Assembly (NCBI GenBank): GCA_965203295.1
Contig: CBDBCZ010000017.1
Location: 192,001 to 256,000 of the forward strand
Reading direction: 5' to 3'
Length of the DNA stretch: 64,000 nucleotides
Origin: Nitrospirales bacterium
GTDB taxonomy: Bacteria > Nitrospirota > Nitrospiria > Nitrospirales > UBA8639
Of this stretch, positions 63,781 through 64,000 are shown one piece after another. Within the stretch, counting starts at the first letter, position 1. Each line of letters starts with the position of its first letter. The position numbers were made by a program, and so were the translations under genes. Under the pieces are notes generated by a model. That model had not been told where the DNA came from. It made no database searches and saw only the letters and a list, made by a program, of their open reading frames with translations.

Positions 63781-64000
63781 TCATTCAGCACTGGTACCAG
63801 AGAAAACGTACTCCCCTGAGACTGGGTTTTGTGACAGGCTCACCACTAACCCACATGGGAACTTATCGAGATCAAACTCTGTTGGAGACATGACGTTACC
63901 GGGGTTGAATATATTTTCAGCACTCATTTCCTGAACCACTCCAAATGACAGATTATTCTGCAGTCGAAATTGCACCTCCGTACCAGGTTGCACATCTTGC
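63781..64000 (-). CDS. RhiA/'LigA'-like protein, paralog G, 3' part of last exon (truncated by window edge)
   Basis: ...VQFRLQNNLSFGVVQ...FDLDKFPCGLVVSLSQNPVSGEYVFSGTSAE*, closest to D and F. Confidence 0.8.
   Translation of the reverse strand, partial: QDVQPGTEVQFRLQNNLSFGVVQEMSAENIFNPGNVMSPTEFDLDKFPCGLVVSLSQNPVSGEYVFSGTSAE

Noticed and set aside
26447..64000. Calling the array proteins true ring-opening dioxygenases
   Set aside because: 'LigA' is only a recalled automatic label; no conserved His/Glu metal-ligand pattern is visible across the paralogs.

Overview
Eukaryotic, intron-containing, repeat-rich animal DNA. Repeat style and gene content suggest a non-bilaterian invertebrate such as a demosponge, but this is an inference. 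(1) 1-16.5 kb appears to be one long intron packed with MITEs, hairpin elements and minisatellites, ending at the last coding exon of an EXT2-like exostosin gene (16546-16767). (2) 17.7-24.1 kb is a compact apoptosis-family cluster: a 3-exon Bcl-2-family gene with a non-canonical BH1 and a Bcl-rambo-like insert before the TM anchor, a paralogous BH3-only-like gene, and a divergently transcribed, possibly Bid-like gene. (3) 26.4-64 kb is a tandem array of at least 7 paralogs (plus relics) of a ~190-aa beta-rich protein that resembles a bacterial family (RhiA-like / 'LigA'-auto-annotated proteins, recalled rather than searched). All six complete copies share one phase-1 intron. Three copies carry an extra 5' exon encoding a typical mitochondrial presequence and the other three complete copies lack it. 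(4) A very young, intact Ty3/gypsy LTR element (30474-38249) and a decayed LINE lie in the array. The best candidate for an undescribed system is the expanded, possibly horizontally acquired family split into mitochondrion-targeted and untargeted sub-clades, next to a divergent Bcl-2/BH3 cluster.
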